DNA from: Chrysomallon squamiferum
Lineage: Eukaryota; Animalia; Mollusca
DNA length: 64,000 bases
Assembly (NCBI GenBank): GCA_012295275.1
Contig: CM022674.1
Coordinates: 124,001-188,000, forward strand
Direction of reading: 5' to 3'
Positions 48,003 to 63,549 of this stretch are shown here, piece by piece. The position numbers and the translations under genes are program-made. The notes below the pieces were generated by a model. It was not told where the DNA came from, made no database searches, and saw only the letters and a list, made by a program, of their open reading frames with translations. The number at the start of each line of letters is the position of its first letter. Position 1 is the first letter of the stretch.

Positions 48003-50608
48003 AAAAATAAAAATAGAAATAACTGATGGGAAAAAAAACAGAAGGCATTGCTTAAATAAAATTTCAAAAGTAATAGTTAATAATTTAAAGAAAAAAGAAA
48101 AAAACAACATTTAAAACCCCCACAATAAACCAACTAAAAACAAACAGATAATAATAAAAAATAAAAAGACAAAAAAAGTAATCAACAAAGGATATGAAGA
48201 TACAGAACAAGAAGTTCCCTAATGAAAAAGGAATTGCTTATTATCTTAAATTTATTCACAAACATCTCTGTACTTTCAATTTATTTTTAATATTATATGT
48301 TTTTTATGGTTAAAGTTTTCTCTAACTCTGCTTATTATAAAAAAAATAAAATTTAAAATTTAAAAATTTGAAAGATTAAAAATGAAAATGAAATAAAAGA
48401 TGAAGTAATTATTATTATTATTATTTCTAATTTACATTTCAAAAAAAAAATAAAAATAAAAAAATAAAATAAAATAAAATAAACGATATAATAAAATAAA
48501 AAAATAATAAAAATAATAATTAAAATCTCTTACATCGGTTTCTGTCAACTGCACAGTGTGGAGAATGTCCATGTCATCATATGACAGAATCTGAGCAGCA
48601 GAAACCTAACATAAAAATATAACAATATACATTACAATTAAACAAAATATTTAGATTTCAAAATATATTTAATAACATTTTTTTAATCAAATATATACAA
48701 TAATATATAAAAATAAAATTACACCTTAAATTTTTTTTTATTTGAAATAAAATATTTTAGATTCTAAAATTTTAACCAAATGGCATGAACTAGTACTGAA
48801 AGTAAAATATAATTAGCAAAACTTTAAAAATTAACACACATAAATTTTAGTTTGTAATACAGGCATTGGACTATTTATCCAGCAAGCATTGATTAATAAG
48901 CAACTCTAAACTCATAAACTGAAATATAAAGACAGTAACTATGAACTATTAAACATCAAACAACAGATTTGAACGTAAACAATGTAATAATGTTCACCCT
49001 CGGCAAATCTTTCAGCAGTTTAATCTGGGAGTCAGATATCTTGAGGACAGCCATGTGTTTTCTTGAGACCCGGAAAACCACTTCTGACAGAGGTTCCAGG
49101 GAGATAGACCGATGATACGGTCGCTGAAGCTGGGATTCAGTGGAGGCTGACAGACCTAGACTCTGAAAATAACAACGTACACACCACAGGTTTGACATCA
49201 TGTTAAATGTTTCATTGGTTGTATGAGCAAAAACTGTAATAAAAGTAATTTTAAAAATGTAATAACTGTTAAAATAACAACGTAAACACCACAGGTTTGA
49301 CATCATGTTAAATGTTTCATTGGTTGTATGAGCAAAAACTGTAATAAAAGTAATTTTAAAAATGTAATAACTGTTAAAATAACAATGTAAACACCACAGG
49401 TTTGACATGATGTTAAATGTTTCATTGGTTGTATGAGCAAAAACTGTAATAAAAGTAATTTTAAAAATGTAATAACTGTTAAAATAACAACGTAAACACC
49501 ACAGGTTTGACATGATGTTAAATGTTTCATTGGTTGTATGAGCAAAAACTGTAATAAAAGTAATTTTAAAAATGTAATAACTGTTAAAATAACAATGTAA
49601 ACACCACAGGTTTGACATGATGTTAAATGTTTCATTGGTTGTATGAGCAAAAACTGTAATAAAAGTAATTTTAAAAATGTAATAACTGTTAAAATAACAA
49701 TGTAAACACCACAGGTTTGACATGATGTTAAATGTTTCATTGGTTGTATGAGCAAAAACTAATAAAAGTAATTTTAAAAATGTAATAACTGTTAAAATAA
49801 CAATGTAAACACCACAGGTTTGACATGATGTTAAATGTTTCATTGGTTGTATGAGCAAAAACTGTAATAAAAGTAATTTTAAAAATGTAATAACTGTTAA
49901 AATAACAATGTAAACACCACAGGTTTGACATCATGTTAAATGTTTCATTGGTTGTATGAGTAAAAACTGTAATAAAAATAATTATATACATAATTTGTAG
50001 TAGAGTTTGATCAAATCATGATATAGTGAATACAGAAAAATTGCTAGAGCCTAAATATGTTTAAACTAGTGTTTTGAATACTACTAAATACTATTGTAAG
50101 ACTAAAAAAAAGCTAATGAGACTGATTAGTGTACAAACCTGCAGTGGTGTTGAAGTAAACATTTTGTCTTTCTGCAGGTCAAGTAACTGAAATCTCAGGG
50201 TCGCCTCGTCATAACACAGAAAATGAGTGTGATGAACAATCTGACAACTAGAAACACACAAAAAAACACTTAAAATCTAATAATTAACAGAAATAAATAC
50301 ATGAATAAGTAAATAAATAAATAAATAATAAGATAAGATAAAAAATTTCATAATTATGTTGTTTTTGGGTTTTTTTTTTAAATCATTGCAAAGTATTTGA
50401 AAATATGAAATTTTTCTTTTTTTCCTTCTTTTCGTATTGTGCTTTTAATGAAACAATTTCCTCAAATTAATGGAACTAACAGAATTATTAAAAAAACTTC
50501 ATGTAGTGTTCTTTCATAGATCATATTTTAATTAAGACCCCTATTTTGATAGCGTTATGTTTTGACAACTGAAAATAATCTGAAAGGATGATATTTGCAA
50601 TTTATAAC

Positions 50609-50678
<70 letters not shown>

Positions 50679-51784
50679 CTTTAAAAGATTAACCTAATCT
50701 TGTTTTACCTGGATTTATCTGTTATCCACAAAGCAGATAAAGCAAATTCTGTTTCTTTGGTTCCATCATGTGCTACTGTGACAACTGTTACCTTGGATTC
50801 TGGTGTCACACCCACAAGAAGCAGATCGTGATCTCTGTTTACTATGTTCCAGTGTATGACACTGTCACTGAAATAAAATTTATAAACGGGTTTATGACTT
50901 GTGTGTGTGTATGTTACAAAGATATTTAATTATCTTATTCTTTCTCGTATTTCTCTGAACATCTGTCTCTTTATCTTTTACATATCTGTCTGTCTGTCTA
51001 TCCATGCATTAATCTGTCTGTTTATATTTCAATTAAATACAAACATCAGTATCATGTCTGTCTCTTCGTACAGATGAAGAGTTGATTTTGAGATAACTTT
51101 GATTGTACAGTGATTAGATACATTTGTAAGAAGCTCAGTTATCCTTCACCTGATGAATTTGCTGTTTTACATTTCATTGTTTTATTGTTTATAATTTTGT
51201 TATTACTTAGATTTACATGTTAATTAGTATATTTTAATGTTTTTCTCTTTTTTTTAAACTTTATTCCTACTTTGAATCTTATTGCACTGAACTGCTACTT
51301 ATTATTTATTAATTCTGGTACCAGACAATTTATCTCACTTTGAGAAAACCAAATATATCAGAAAGATGGCTTTTAAAGAAATATTGTTTTATTCTTTAAT
51401 CTTCAGTGTAAATCACTTCAACTGCACCCATGAACAATTTTTCAGTTTCATTGTATTTTTTTATTTTTTAATAACTACAATAAATTAACCAATCAGTTGT
51501 TTGAAAAACTGTATTTTGTAGTTTAGATGTTGTTGATCTTTAGCATTACTTGATGTATTTAATTTAAGAGTTTTTATAAAGAAAAAATAAAGATAAAATA
51601 TTATATATAAATTGCATGATTGTTTGAATTTATATCAGTGTGTAAGTATAAATAATAGGGTGGTTGACTGACAAGCATTTTGAGGTAAACATTTAATTTT
51701 AAATGTATCATTTTTAACCCAGATAAAAATATACACTGTGTACCTGTAAATGTGGTGGTTATATCATTTTGACAAAACAATAAC

Positions 51785-51867
<83 letters not shown>

Positions 51868-54800
51868 CTAACCTGTTCAATAAATCAACTTGCCAAAGTT
51901 TTTTGCCATCTGAAGCCTGCAATGCATACAAGCCATTAGCTGTACTCACTATTACTTTTTCAGCTGAAATAACAATGACAATAATTGTAATAACAAGAAC
52001 AGTAATAACAGTAACAGCAGTTCTATAATAATAATAATGGGGAACATTTTATAACAATAACAATAACAGTAACAGTAAGATAAAAATGGCAGTAATACTG
52101 TGCACTGGGTAAATTTAATAAAAATAATAACAATGTAGTAATAACTTTGCAAGTAAACATTAACAAAAAAACAAATTCATCAGAAGGATTTAGATAACAT
52201 CTTAAATTAAAAATCAATATATTATTGATTTAGTAGCAATGTAAAAAAAAAAAAAACCAACAAATTTACCAACAAAATGTGTGATAATTTTTACAGCATT
52301 AAAAACACTCACATATACAGAGTCAAATAAACTAAATTTTGTACAAATTACGAAAACAGACAAATCTTTTTTCAGATATCTAAACATATATTATATACAT
52401 ATCACAAAAGTCTTGCATCTTCTTTAAAACCATTTAACACACTTACCTCTGTTTCTGCCGACCAAAACAGCAGAAGGTCTGAAATTTTTTCAATATAAAA
52501 CACTTTTATACAAATAAACAGAAATATTACCAGGATATTATAATACATTTTTTAGCATACTTTATTATTACTAAAGACTATAGATCAATAATATATCTCC
52601 ATACAGCAATACATTATAAGTAAATTAAAAATATATGTTGGTAATTTATCAATGAAATAGAGCCAGATGTTATGTAGATGGATTTAACATTTATTTAATA
52701 GAGAAAAGCAGGTATTTATACATGTTTTATGTTTGAAAGTACACACCTGGTGTTTGCGTTTGCTTGTAGCATTGTTTCCCACACCATGTTACCTGACCCT
52801 GCATTCCAGCCTCGCACTAGGTAACCTCCTGCATGAACACTAAACAAACCTAGGAAAGGAATAATAACAACAATAACAATAAGTGTAAAAGTAATAATAA
52901 TAAACAGCAACAACAACGTAACAATGATAAATACAACAGTAATAATACAGAAATAATAATTAAAAAAAATAACAATCAAAATGGTAATAATGTTGAAAAT
53001 AATAATAAATGAATAATTATAGCTCTAGATTTTTCTCTTTAACATAAACCGTATAATAATAATGATAATGATGATAATAATCTTTATAGAACAATCCTTT
53101 TGAAATGTATTTGATATTTTAAAATATTTTAAATGACCATTTATAGAAAAAGAAAATCATACTAGTACAGTTCTTCTTATCAACAATTTATTTATTTAGG
53201 ATGGATATGACTAAGAATTAATCTGAAATTAACAAAATGTCATTTTAAACTATGAACTGAATCTGATGAAAAAAGAAATCTTACTGCTGCTTTGATGAAG
53301 AAGGCAGTCAACACGTCCTCTCTGTGTCTGCTCAAAAACCTTTCTCCACACTGAAAACACATCAAACAATCTTAGACTTAACCCAATATATTTCTACAAA
53401 GAAAATTTAAGTGAATAATTGTGTACACTGTTGTTTATTCCATATAAAAGTATTGAAGAAAAAGTAGATAACTTAGTTACAGTTGTATCTTTAAACAGCA
53501 TAATTACCCACTGGTGTTTATTCCATATAAAAGTATTGAAGAAAAAGTAGACAACTTAGTTATAGTTGTATCTTTAAACAGCATAGTTGTGTACACTGGT
53601 GTTTATTCCATATAAAAGTATTGAAGAAAAAGTAGATAACTTAGTTGTAGTTGTATCTTTAAATAGCATAATTACCCACTGGTGTTTATTCCATATCAAA
53701 GTATTGAAGAAAAAGTAGAGAACTTAGTTACAGTTGTATCTTTAAACAGCATAATTACCCACTGGTGTTTATTCCATATAAAAGTATTGAAGAAAAAGTA
53801 GATAACTTAGTTACAGTTGTATCTTTAAACAGCATAATTACCCACTGGTGTTTATTCCATATAAAAGTATTGAAGAAAAAGTAGATAACTTAGTTACAGT
53901 TGTATCTTTAAACAGCATAGTTACCCACTGTTGTTTATTCCATATAAAAGTATTGAAGAAAAAGTAGATAACTTAGTTATAGTTGTATCTTTAAACAGCA
54001 TAGTTACCCAGGCTGCCATTGTGTGCATGAATGGAGGCAATGACATGTTTATCAGTTGCTACAAGAAATCTTTTCCCACTGGAAGATGGTGACTGATCCC
54101 AGTACAGATGTTCAATCTTTCCTACATACGACTGCTTCCTATAATGATAAGAGAAATAACAGACAAAATAGACGTAACAGATATAACAGACATAATACTT
54201 TTTAATAGACATGGTAATAATAAATAATACAAGGAAAAAAAAAAGAATGAAATAATGTAAAATCATTTCATTAAAAATGCCTTTACAAAATTTTAACTGA
54301 TAATTTGGTAGAATGTTGCAGAAAGGAAACTTCTTATTACTGATTAATATAATGAAGTCATAAAGAGGATATGTGACAATTTCCCAAAACACGCAGAGCA
54401 GTTTTTCTTCACAGCCCCTTTTTCATTTCAATTGCTAGTTAAGTCTCTGGTAAAGAACTGCTTCCAAAATTGTCTTTCCTTGTTCTTTGCATTGTTATTT
54501 ACAAACCTGTCATAAATTTACTAATAATGTTCAGGCCTCTCATTATAAGGCAAATGAAGCATTTTTAAACTGCCATATCTTTCTTGTTAACTTAATGGTC
54601 ATAAAAAATGAGATCATAGTATCATTGGGAAGGTCTTTCTCATGGCTTCCAGCGATATCAAACTTATTAACACTGACTGACATTTAATGTTTTAGTCACA
54701 CACTACACAAAGCAATGGTTGTTGATTAAGAATCAGTAATGAACTCTGGGAAGCACACATCTTGCAACTACGCCAATCTAGTCTGTTTCATTATAAAATC

Positions 54801-55307
54801 TTCCCAGCTAATACATTTATGTGGCCCAGAGCTGGCATCATCAGGACCTGATATTTGAAATACATATGCTTGCTGCCTAAGCAGGGAATCTTTTACACAA
54901 AGTGACAAATGTAAATGTTGATCCAAAAGCAGCTTATTTTGGTTCTGCTAGCATTGTGCATATAAAAGAACAAAAGTCTGATATAAAACAATTTAATGAT
55001 TTTTTTTTTTACATTAAACTATAAAGAAGAAGAAGAGGAAAATACTTAGATTCATGATCGTTACTGTTAGTATTCCTAGTCTAGTGTAACTACTAATTGT
55101 AAGAAAGTAAAATTAATAAATTAACAATATTAATAAAACATGTATTGTACTTTATTCGAATGCAAATTATATACATATTAACATTATAATGTTTTGACGT
55201 ATCAAGGCTAATTACCAATCAAATTTTCCTGCTTGATCTTCATAAATGGCAGAGCTATTTAAAATGAAAAGCAGAAAACATACTACATACAACCACGTTG
55301 CCGCCAT
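35866..55307 (-). CDS. EMC1: ER membrane protein complex subunit 1, 25 exons, 985 aa
   Basis: Minus-strand exons 55216-55307, 54008-54138, 53285-53350, 52747-52849, 52447-52478, 51873-51963, 50709-50867, 50139-50247, 48998-49162, 48534-48605, 47820-47921, 47180-47273, 46553-46669, 45694-45749, 45004-45177, 44424-44588, 42156-42326, 41405-41527, 41055-41139, 40640-40762, 39955-40076, 39409-39619, 38811-38895, 37923-38071, 35866-36026 join in frame (2958 nt). Diagnostic motifs: signal peptide plus [97 protein letters not shown] helix, LNRAWK*. Confidence 0.96.
36126..37936 (-). repeat. 38/26-nt minisatellite (roughly 50 units) duplicating the donor of EMC1 exon 24
   Basis: Minus-strand unit GTATATTTGTGTTAG-CCTATGGTATAG-GTATGTTACTA; the true junction is ctAGCCTATGGTATAG|GTATGTTA at 37923/37922. 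Confidence 0.95.
42750..44406. repeat. 33-41-nt minisatellite CAGGTTGATAAAGAAACTAATTAGTGTGATGTAG(A/G)GTGATT, about 40 copies, EMC1 intron 16
   Basis: Directly visible; starts about 17 nt into the intron from the exon-16 donor (44423). Confidence 0.95.
47547..47698. repeat. 45-nt tandem repeat, about 3 copies, EMC1 intron 11
   Basis: CATGTCTCTGTTTTCTGGAACATTCTACATAAAGTAAATACACTC at 47547, 47592 and 47637. Confidence 0.9.
49165..49978 (-). repeat. 105-nt tandem repeat, about 8 copies, abutting the acceptor of EMC1 exon 9
   Basis: CACCACAGGTTTGACAT recurs every 105 nt (103 once) from 49182 to 49915; the unit includes the acceptor's pyrimidine tract. Confidence 0.95.
53420..54010 (-). repeat. 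83-nt tandem repeat, about 7 copies, including the donor of EMC1 exon 2
   Basis: The true junction ctgG|GTAACTATGCTGTTTAAAGATAC is echoed as gtgG|GTAA(T/C)TATGCT(G/A)TTTAAAGATAC in most units. Confidence 0.93.
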
Positions 55308-56230
55308 TGCTGTTGCAAATTGGGTCGTATTTCATTGATTGCACGTAACATTCTGAATATGCTCGGTTAACAACAGCCAATCTGCTTCGGTGCTTGATCA
55401 AGTCTTTAGAACGAAAATAGCATCTGTAACAACAGCAGCAGTTGCAGCAGTAGTAGCAACAGCAGTAGCAGCAGAAACAACAACAACAGTAATAATAATA
55501 ACAGCAACATCATCATCATCATCAACAACAACAACAACAATAATAATAATGGTGATGATGATATTTATTTGTTTGTTCGTTTATTTATTACTTTCAGATC
55601 ATTCTCTTTACCCTTTAAACTAATATTTCAAATAAAATAAATTTATTTCAGGACGATTATTTCAGTGAGTTATTGTCTTTATTATTTACATTTGTCATGA
55701 CTCTATAACGCGATGTATAACATAACATTTCGTAGGACTTTTGACTTTTTGTGGGCACAGATATGTAACTTTATGTTGTATATCTAATTTGCTAAAATAT
55801 ATGTTAATTTTATAATTGATAGAAACAAGACTAATTTATGCTGAATGAATTATGTAAGGAGCACATTATAGTTCCATTACAGAGACTCTTTGCTAGCTTA
55901 TTTTTACACTACATTTGAATGCTTCTTGGTGTTCATTTTGTCATGACATTTCGCCTCGAATGTGCAAATCGAATACGTCCTAGGTTGTTTCACTTTGGTA
56001 CCTGCTAATTTCCGGTGTCATGGCGGAAATTGAAGTATTTATGTTAAGGCTAGGCAATTTATTTCGATAATTTTGCATTGTTTGCGAATAATGTTAAATC
56101 ATTTAGGACATATATAAAATCGAATAGGAATTTGGTAAGTTTACGTTTACTTATTTTATAGATTTATATTATTTAGTGTTTTTTTTAATGATTTGTACGC
56201 AGGACCAACGGTCTTTTCCGGGTCAACATC
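55308..56230. promoter_or_regulatory. EMC1 promoter region, probably bidirectional, with a candidate + strand first exon (about 56010-56134)
   Basis: Local CpG rise; ETS-like TTCCGG (56010, 56216) and YY1-like CATGGCGG (56019); strong donor ttg|GTAAGT at 56135. No downstream coding exon identified in the window. Confidence 0.4.
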
Positions 56231-56614
56231 GAACATGAAAGGCTATTTAAAGTGTGTCATATTTGTTTTTGTTTTGATTATCTTTATCATTTATCACTTG
56301 CACATTTTTTAATGGGTGCCTGTTTAGAAAAAAATAATAATGATGTGATGTTTACAAAAGAAAAATATTTAACTTTTTCAAACTGAAATCCAACAACTTT
56401 TCTTGTTTCGTGATTTGAATAACAATAACGGATTAACGAGTTAAATAAACTTATAAAGTTAAACACCTGACGATGAAACCATTAGATGTGATAAGTGACA
56501 TCTCATAGTCATATAATTATTTTGCGTTTTAAACGCCTGTAAGTAAGTGTCTGTATCAATTAATTGTATCATGTACCTATGTGAGTATATCAACAATCCG
56601 ACGTCAACAGTGTA

Positions 56615-56653
<39 letters not shown>

Positions 56654-59483
56654 TATTATAGTAGTAATAGTAGTAGGAGGATGAGGAGTAGCATATCTCA
56701 TAGTACATTTGTAAATGTCAGTGGCATTTTTTTTATCTCATAATATTATATGATCATTATATAAAACATTTATCATTTTTATGTATGCTATTAGTAATAC
56801 ATTGTTTTAAAAGTGAACAACACACACACACACACACATGCACACACATGCACTGACACAGACACACACACAAATGATTAGTTTAACATTTTTATAACTT
56901 CTAGATTTATATAAATCAGAATTTTCAGTCTTTTACTGATTTGAAAATCAGCGCAGTTTTGTATTACATTTGTCATGACTCATAATGATATTGTCAAAAT
57001 TATATAACTTTTATGAATAGTCTGATATCATTGTGACTAAAGCTCAATTTAAATAATGTAATGCTTAATTAAGTTTAGCAATAAGAGAGAAAAAATAACA
57101 GTAATTTTAAAAGGCAGCAAAAATAACTACATTTTTAAACAAATAAACAAAATAATGTTACCAAAAAAAGAAAAAAAAAGAAAAAGAAAACAAACTCCAA
57201 ATAAGAGAATTTATTTTCTGACTGTAGGATTACTTTGTTACTAAATATTTCTTTATATCATGTATCAGCAGGTAGTAATGGTGGTTATTAATTATTTATA
57301 TATTATATGAATAAAATAATATTTTAGGGTATTGCACAAGTTAATAACAGTACACAGTAATTAGGCTAAAACAGATTTTACTTTAAACAGTTTTAAGGTA
57401 TGCATGCATGTGTGTATGTATGTATATATGTTTGTATTTCTATACACACGCACACACAGAGTACACACAAACACACACAAAAATCTTGAAATGATTTATG
57501 AATGTCTATATATATATATATATATATACATATAACTTTGTATTATTTAATAATGTGTATGTGATTACAAATTATTAATTTGCAAACGTTTAAGATTAAG
57601 AGGCTTAATATCGATGACTGAATTCACAGTCACCACTCATCAGTCAGCTTGGCTGTCAGATCTGTTGAAGGAAGGAATAATATTTAACACATTTTTATCC
57701 TTCTTATTTATTTATTTATTTATTTAGTTTTTGCATATTATTTATTATTAAAAAAAAGAAAAGAAAGAAAAAAGTACATTATTACAGGAACCATTTATTC
57801 TTTAATTATCTGCAAATGTAAAATTAGAACTGTGTCTGCCTCTTTTGTGACTGAGTTCTGCCCTTTGAACTTAATAATTATATTTGTATTTTATTTTATT
57901 TTTATTTTTTGTCATCTTCTTAAAAAAAGAAAGAAAAAATAAAAATATATTTTTTAACCTTAAAACAACATTTATCCAAATGTCTTCATAGTAATGTCTA
58001 TGAAACTTTACTTGTAATGCCATTCACATTGTAGTTTGTGTGCATATACCCAATATTTGTTTTTAAAAGATTGTGTTGAAAGGTATTATAAAAATACCCA
58101 CACAGGTATGTTCTATCATTCTTTAATAACACATATACACAGAAATACACACACATGCCTACATACACACACAAACATGTACACCTTTATATAAAATATA
58201 AATGCACAAAAACATAGATAAACAAAAAGTTTTTATCTTGAATTTATAACTGATCAAAACAGTAGCAAGAGCATTCTACATTGTTGCATATATTTTCCTT
58301 GTCTGCACATGTCAAAATGCAGTATGGTTGTACTGTGATTAAAAACAATGCCTATATTTTGTATTATAATATGGATTTATGTCATTTGTACAGTATCATT
58401 GAATATCTGGTAATGAAGGGGATAAAGAAAAAGAGAAAAAGAGATTGATGAAAGATGGAAAGAAAGAATGTGTGTGTAATATATTATATATATTATATGC
58501 GTGTGTGTGTATGTGTGTGTATGTATGTATGTATGTATGTATGTATCGTAGGTATACAAATTTTATATATTTTAAAATCAATAATATCCAAACTCTGTGA
58601 TAGTCAGAATTTGTAGTTGTAGTCAATAGAACATTACACATACATCTCATTTTTTTACACATCATCATACATGCATAATTCTGGTTAGTTCAGGTGTCCT
58701 CACACATCTTATAGTTGTGTTGTAGGCTGCCTAAGTTGTAAGAATGCTGTCCAGGCACAAACTGCCAACTGTCACAGCTTAAACCCATGTTCCCAGCTTG
58801 TTCCCTGTTCTCAGTGTGTTTGCTTTGTGAAGTTAACTGCTGATTTTTGATCATGCTGAAACTCCAGTACACACAGCATTTTTGGCTGTTAGTCTGTATT
58901 TTTTTTCCTTCCATCCATTCTTCAATTAATTAGATGTAATGTGAGAAAATAAAAATAATAATAAATCAATAAACAACAACAACAACAACATATATTATAT
59001 TAATAATAAGATCACGAAACATTAAGAAGAGTTGATGCAGTGACCCTTCACTCCTCGCCCACCTACTTTTTACTGAGCTGCTCCATATTCATGATGTTTA
59101 CTACTGATTGTATTTATTTCTGGAGAAAACAAACATACAGTGAAACAGCTGGGATAACTGTGTAACTATCAGATATCAAGTAGCTACATCCTTGTGTGAT
59201 TTTAATTACTAACATGTATAGTAATATGAGAGCGAGAGAGAGAGAGAGAGAGAGAGAGAAAAAAAAGAGAGAGAGGGAGAGGGAGGGAGAGGCAGGCACA
59301 TATCCACTGGTATATATTTTAAGTTAATATTAAAAAGGAGAGGGGATTTAGACATAGTCAAATAGACAGATGGAGTGGGTGAAAAAAACAACTTCCCAAA
59401 ATATAATAAACATAGAGTGATAGAAAAATACGAAGGGAGAATGGCATGGTCATTATGCATGAACACGCACGTGCATGCGTGCT

Positions 59484-59551
<68 letters not shown>

Positions 59552-61153
59552 TATCTACTGATATCACACACACACAACTACTGAGTACTAGATTCCTGCA
59601 TTACTCTTAATGATTACCTACAGAATTGGATCAATAACACACAGTCTGGTTTTCTTATATACAAAACAATAATACATAAACAAGCAGTCAGTTATGTTTG
59701 TGTTTATGTGTGTATTTTAACATTATTGTTTTATATTCTATTACTTTCTCATCTATTTAGGTAATAAATTATTATTAACAGGTACTATTAATATGTATGT
59801 GATTATTATTATTACTGTTGTTGTTGTTGCTTTCTTAAACATTCTTTTTTCTCTTTTCCAGTTTTCATTGTTTTTCCATTTCTGTACTCAGTCTCCTCTT
59901 TTCCCTTTATCTTTTATTTTTCTCATTGTTTGTTCAAATCTCTTCTTTTTGTGTATTTCTCAATCTTTCTGTTGGTTATTATTTTACACACAGTCTGCTA
60001 ATTATTACTTTTTTCTGTCTTTCTCCCTCTATCTCTTTCTTTCTCATTGTGTGTATGTGTTTTTTCTTTCTGTCTATCTTTTGTTAGTATTTTACCTCTC
60101 TGTATTTCTGTTTTGATCTGTTTTTCTCTATTTCATTATCATTTCTAAAACAGCCTGTTACTGATTGTATCAATATTAGTACAGATATTCATTTCTTCCT
60201 TTATAATTTTTAAACATTTCTTACGTTTTTTCATGCTATAATCATACTCCTTGAGTTTTCTTTATTTCTGTCACTCTTTTTAATATTTTTCTTTTTTTCT
60301 TTCATTTTATTTATTTCTGCATTTGGCAGTACACATAACACTGATCAGAAGTATCTTCTCTCTAGGGAGTTAACAAAAATAAAATGTTATTAAGTGGATA
60401 TAAGTGGTAATGTTTTTGGCTGTTTCAAAACAGTTATGAGAGAAAAAACTAAACAAAAAAACCGGTAGTGCAGTGGAATTTCTTGATGATGAAGGAAAGA
60501 TATTGATTAATGCTGGTAATGGTTTTGACAAGTTGTAGCAATGTTATGCAAATTGTGTTCTTGTTTTTCTTACTTATATATACTGTGTCAAACTGACCAG
60601 GATCCTTTTCTTTTCTGGTTATTAAGTCTGATCTTTTTCTTTTCTTTTTTCTTCAGTCTTTTGTCTATATATTTCCATAGTTTTGTTTTATTTATTTATT
60701 TTCTGTCACTGTCTTGTCTCTCTATTTCTTTCATTAACTGACTCTATTTAAAATTCTCAGACTAGTCTTCTTTCATTTTCCCTCTGTGAACACATAAAAC
60801 AGTGTCTAACTACTGTTCTGCGTCTCTGTTCCTGATTAAAATCCCAAATTATACTCTCTCATCCACTCTCCCCCCTCTTACTCTCCCTTATATTTCTCTG
60901 TTGCTTTTCTCATCTATAATGTTTTCTATTTTTACTTTAACATAATAATTGTGTTTGTCTACTTCATAAGATTCAGATTTATTTTCTCTTTTCACATTGA
61001 AATTTTAACAGAGATTTAATAATAACATAAGCCACCTCAACTAAATTAGGTTAATTGTGAATAAGCAGTCATTTGTAGTACAATACTATCAAATTATAAC
61101 ACACACTCTTTCTCTCTCTGTCTCTCTCTCTCTCTCACACACGCACACACACA

Positions 61154-61188
<35 letters not shown>

Positions 61189-61346
61189 CTGTATATAATA
61201 TACATTTTTTAACAAGCTGTTGCTTTACAGGTAATCTGAGTTTTATTAATATTCCTGAATGTATCATATTTCATGTTAGTTTTTGTTTTAAGTTTAATGA
61301 GTGGCTGGTTATTATTATTTATTTATTTTTATATTTGTGCTTTAGA

Positions 61347-61380
<34 letters not shown>

Positions 61381-62189
61381 TTATTCTTATTCTTATTCTT
61401 TTCATTTTTAGTAACTTTCTCACTCTTTTATAAGATCTGAATAATTGAGTGATTAACAATGTTACTGATATCTTGCATAAATGTGCTTACATATCTGACT
61501 GAAAGAGAAAGAGACTGAGAAAGAGAGAGAGAAACGGATTGACATAAAATGATATGTAAAAATAAATTATGACACATGTGCATACATAAACAGATACTTA
61601 AATTTTCACAACACATGCAGGCAAACATTTACATAAACAAACATATAAATGCACATTATGTACATACATTTATTTTTACCACATACATACACAAGTTCAC
61701 ACACAAAAACAAACTCATACTACTTCTTTTTCATTCACATCCTGAAATAATAAAGTGTTACAGCACATTTTGCATCAAATTTCTATTAATTTGTTTTAAT
61801 TACATATGTAACTGTAGATGAACACAACTTAACCCCATCAAGTGTAGATGACAGGCGCCCCAGGAGGAAGTCAGTGATTATTTGACTGACTCTCGTTAGG
61901 TACACAAAAGGTGAAGGAATGAAAACACATACACTGTGAAAAAGAGCGTTTGCTTTTTACATGATTTCTTTTGAAAAGTGAAAGGGCTGTCAATAGTCAA
62001 GTGTAAGAAAATGACAAGATAAAATAAAATGTATACAGACAGCTTAGATTTGCTTCTGATGCACGTGTGTATGTATGTGTGTATGTATATATTTCTGTAT
62101 ATATATATATATATATATAGGTATATGTGTGAATATGTGTGCGTGTGTGTTTATGTTTATATATATTTAAAAAGGCATGTAGCACATCA

Positions 62190-62234
<45 letters not shown>

Positions 62235-63549
62235 ATATAAGTATGTATGTGTGTCTATATATATTTATAAAAGTATATAGTATATATTATTTTTTATATA
62301 TATGTATGTATGTAATATGTGTATGTGTGTATATATATATCTATATTTATCTAAATATGCATATATGTATAAATTGTATATGTGTTTGCCTTTCTGTATG
62401 TATTCATTGTGCATTTGTATGCCAACAACTGGTATATTAATATATCGAGATATAACTTGGCAGTTATCTGAAATTTTGTTCCTTACATCATTATTTGAAA
62501 ATATGTGTAAAACCAATTTTATACTATTAAACAGACACTGTGAACACAAATAATTTGAAAATTAAAAATAGATTATGTATATAAGAATAATATGATTATT
62601 AAAAATAGATTATATATATAAGAATAATATGAAAATTAAAAATAGATACAGCTGTATATCAGCTATGTGAAAATTAAAAATAGATACAACTGTATATCAG
62701 CTATGTGAAAATTAAAAATAGATTAAGAGTATATAAATAACATGAAAATTAAAAATAGATGCAAGTGTCTATGAACAATGAGAAAATTAAATATAGATAA
62801 AGAAGACATGAATAATTTGAAAGTTAAAAATAAATGCAAGGGTGTACAAATATTTTTCATTTTAAATTAAATATGTAAAGTTTTAATTTAAATAAACTGG
62901 CAGGTTTGTGTAGGGAGGGAGTGGGGTGAAGCTGATATTGACTCACATTTGTTCTTGTTGTGTTGAAATATTAACACAACCTGTCATCAGTGTGTTGTCA
63001 GTGAGGGCAGTGCCTGCACAAGTGACAGGGGGAGGTGTGTGTGTTTGGGGAGGTGGATGATTTCAGAGACAGATGATAACCATTTCAAAAAAGCTCTGAA
63101 CTTCTTTTGTTGGGAATATGAATGCATTTCTTTCTCATTTTGTCTTTTGTTTTCTCTTTCTTTTGCTTTCTTTTTCTTTCTTTTTCTTTCACTTTCTCTT
63201 TATTTCATTCTCTATTTCATTCATTTTTTGTCTGTCTCTTGTTCTCTGTCAGTATTTCCATCTTTCACTTCCTTCCCTTCCTCCATCTTTCTTTTTTCTC
63301 TATTTACATTAGACTTTTAATTTTTGTTTTTCTTGCCTGTTAAAATCAACCAATCCACATTTCTTGTTGTCTTACCCTGTGACAGAGACAACACAGCACT
63401 GTTTAGTATTTTATATGCAACACACCACAGTGGGGGGTAACAGTGGGGAAACTTCGTATTTGGTTAAGGCACGTCCATTGAGTTTTGAGACTGTTAGCTG
63501 TTGAGCCTCTGTCTAATTTCTTTTTCCTACAGTCGTAAGATGATCAGAC

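Noticed and set aside
48956-49991. 300-aa repeat protein on the minus strand
   Set aside because: Only 48998-49162 is a real EMC1 exon; exon 8 joins it directly in frame and gives a normal-length EMC1.
58690-58914. 74-aa minus-strand ORF and a Cys-rich plus-strand reading of the same segment
   Set aside because: No recognisable domain, no partner exons and no convincing splice pair.
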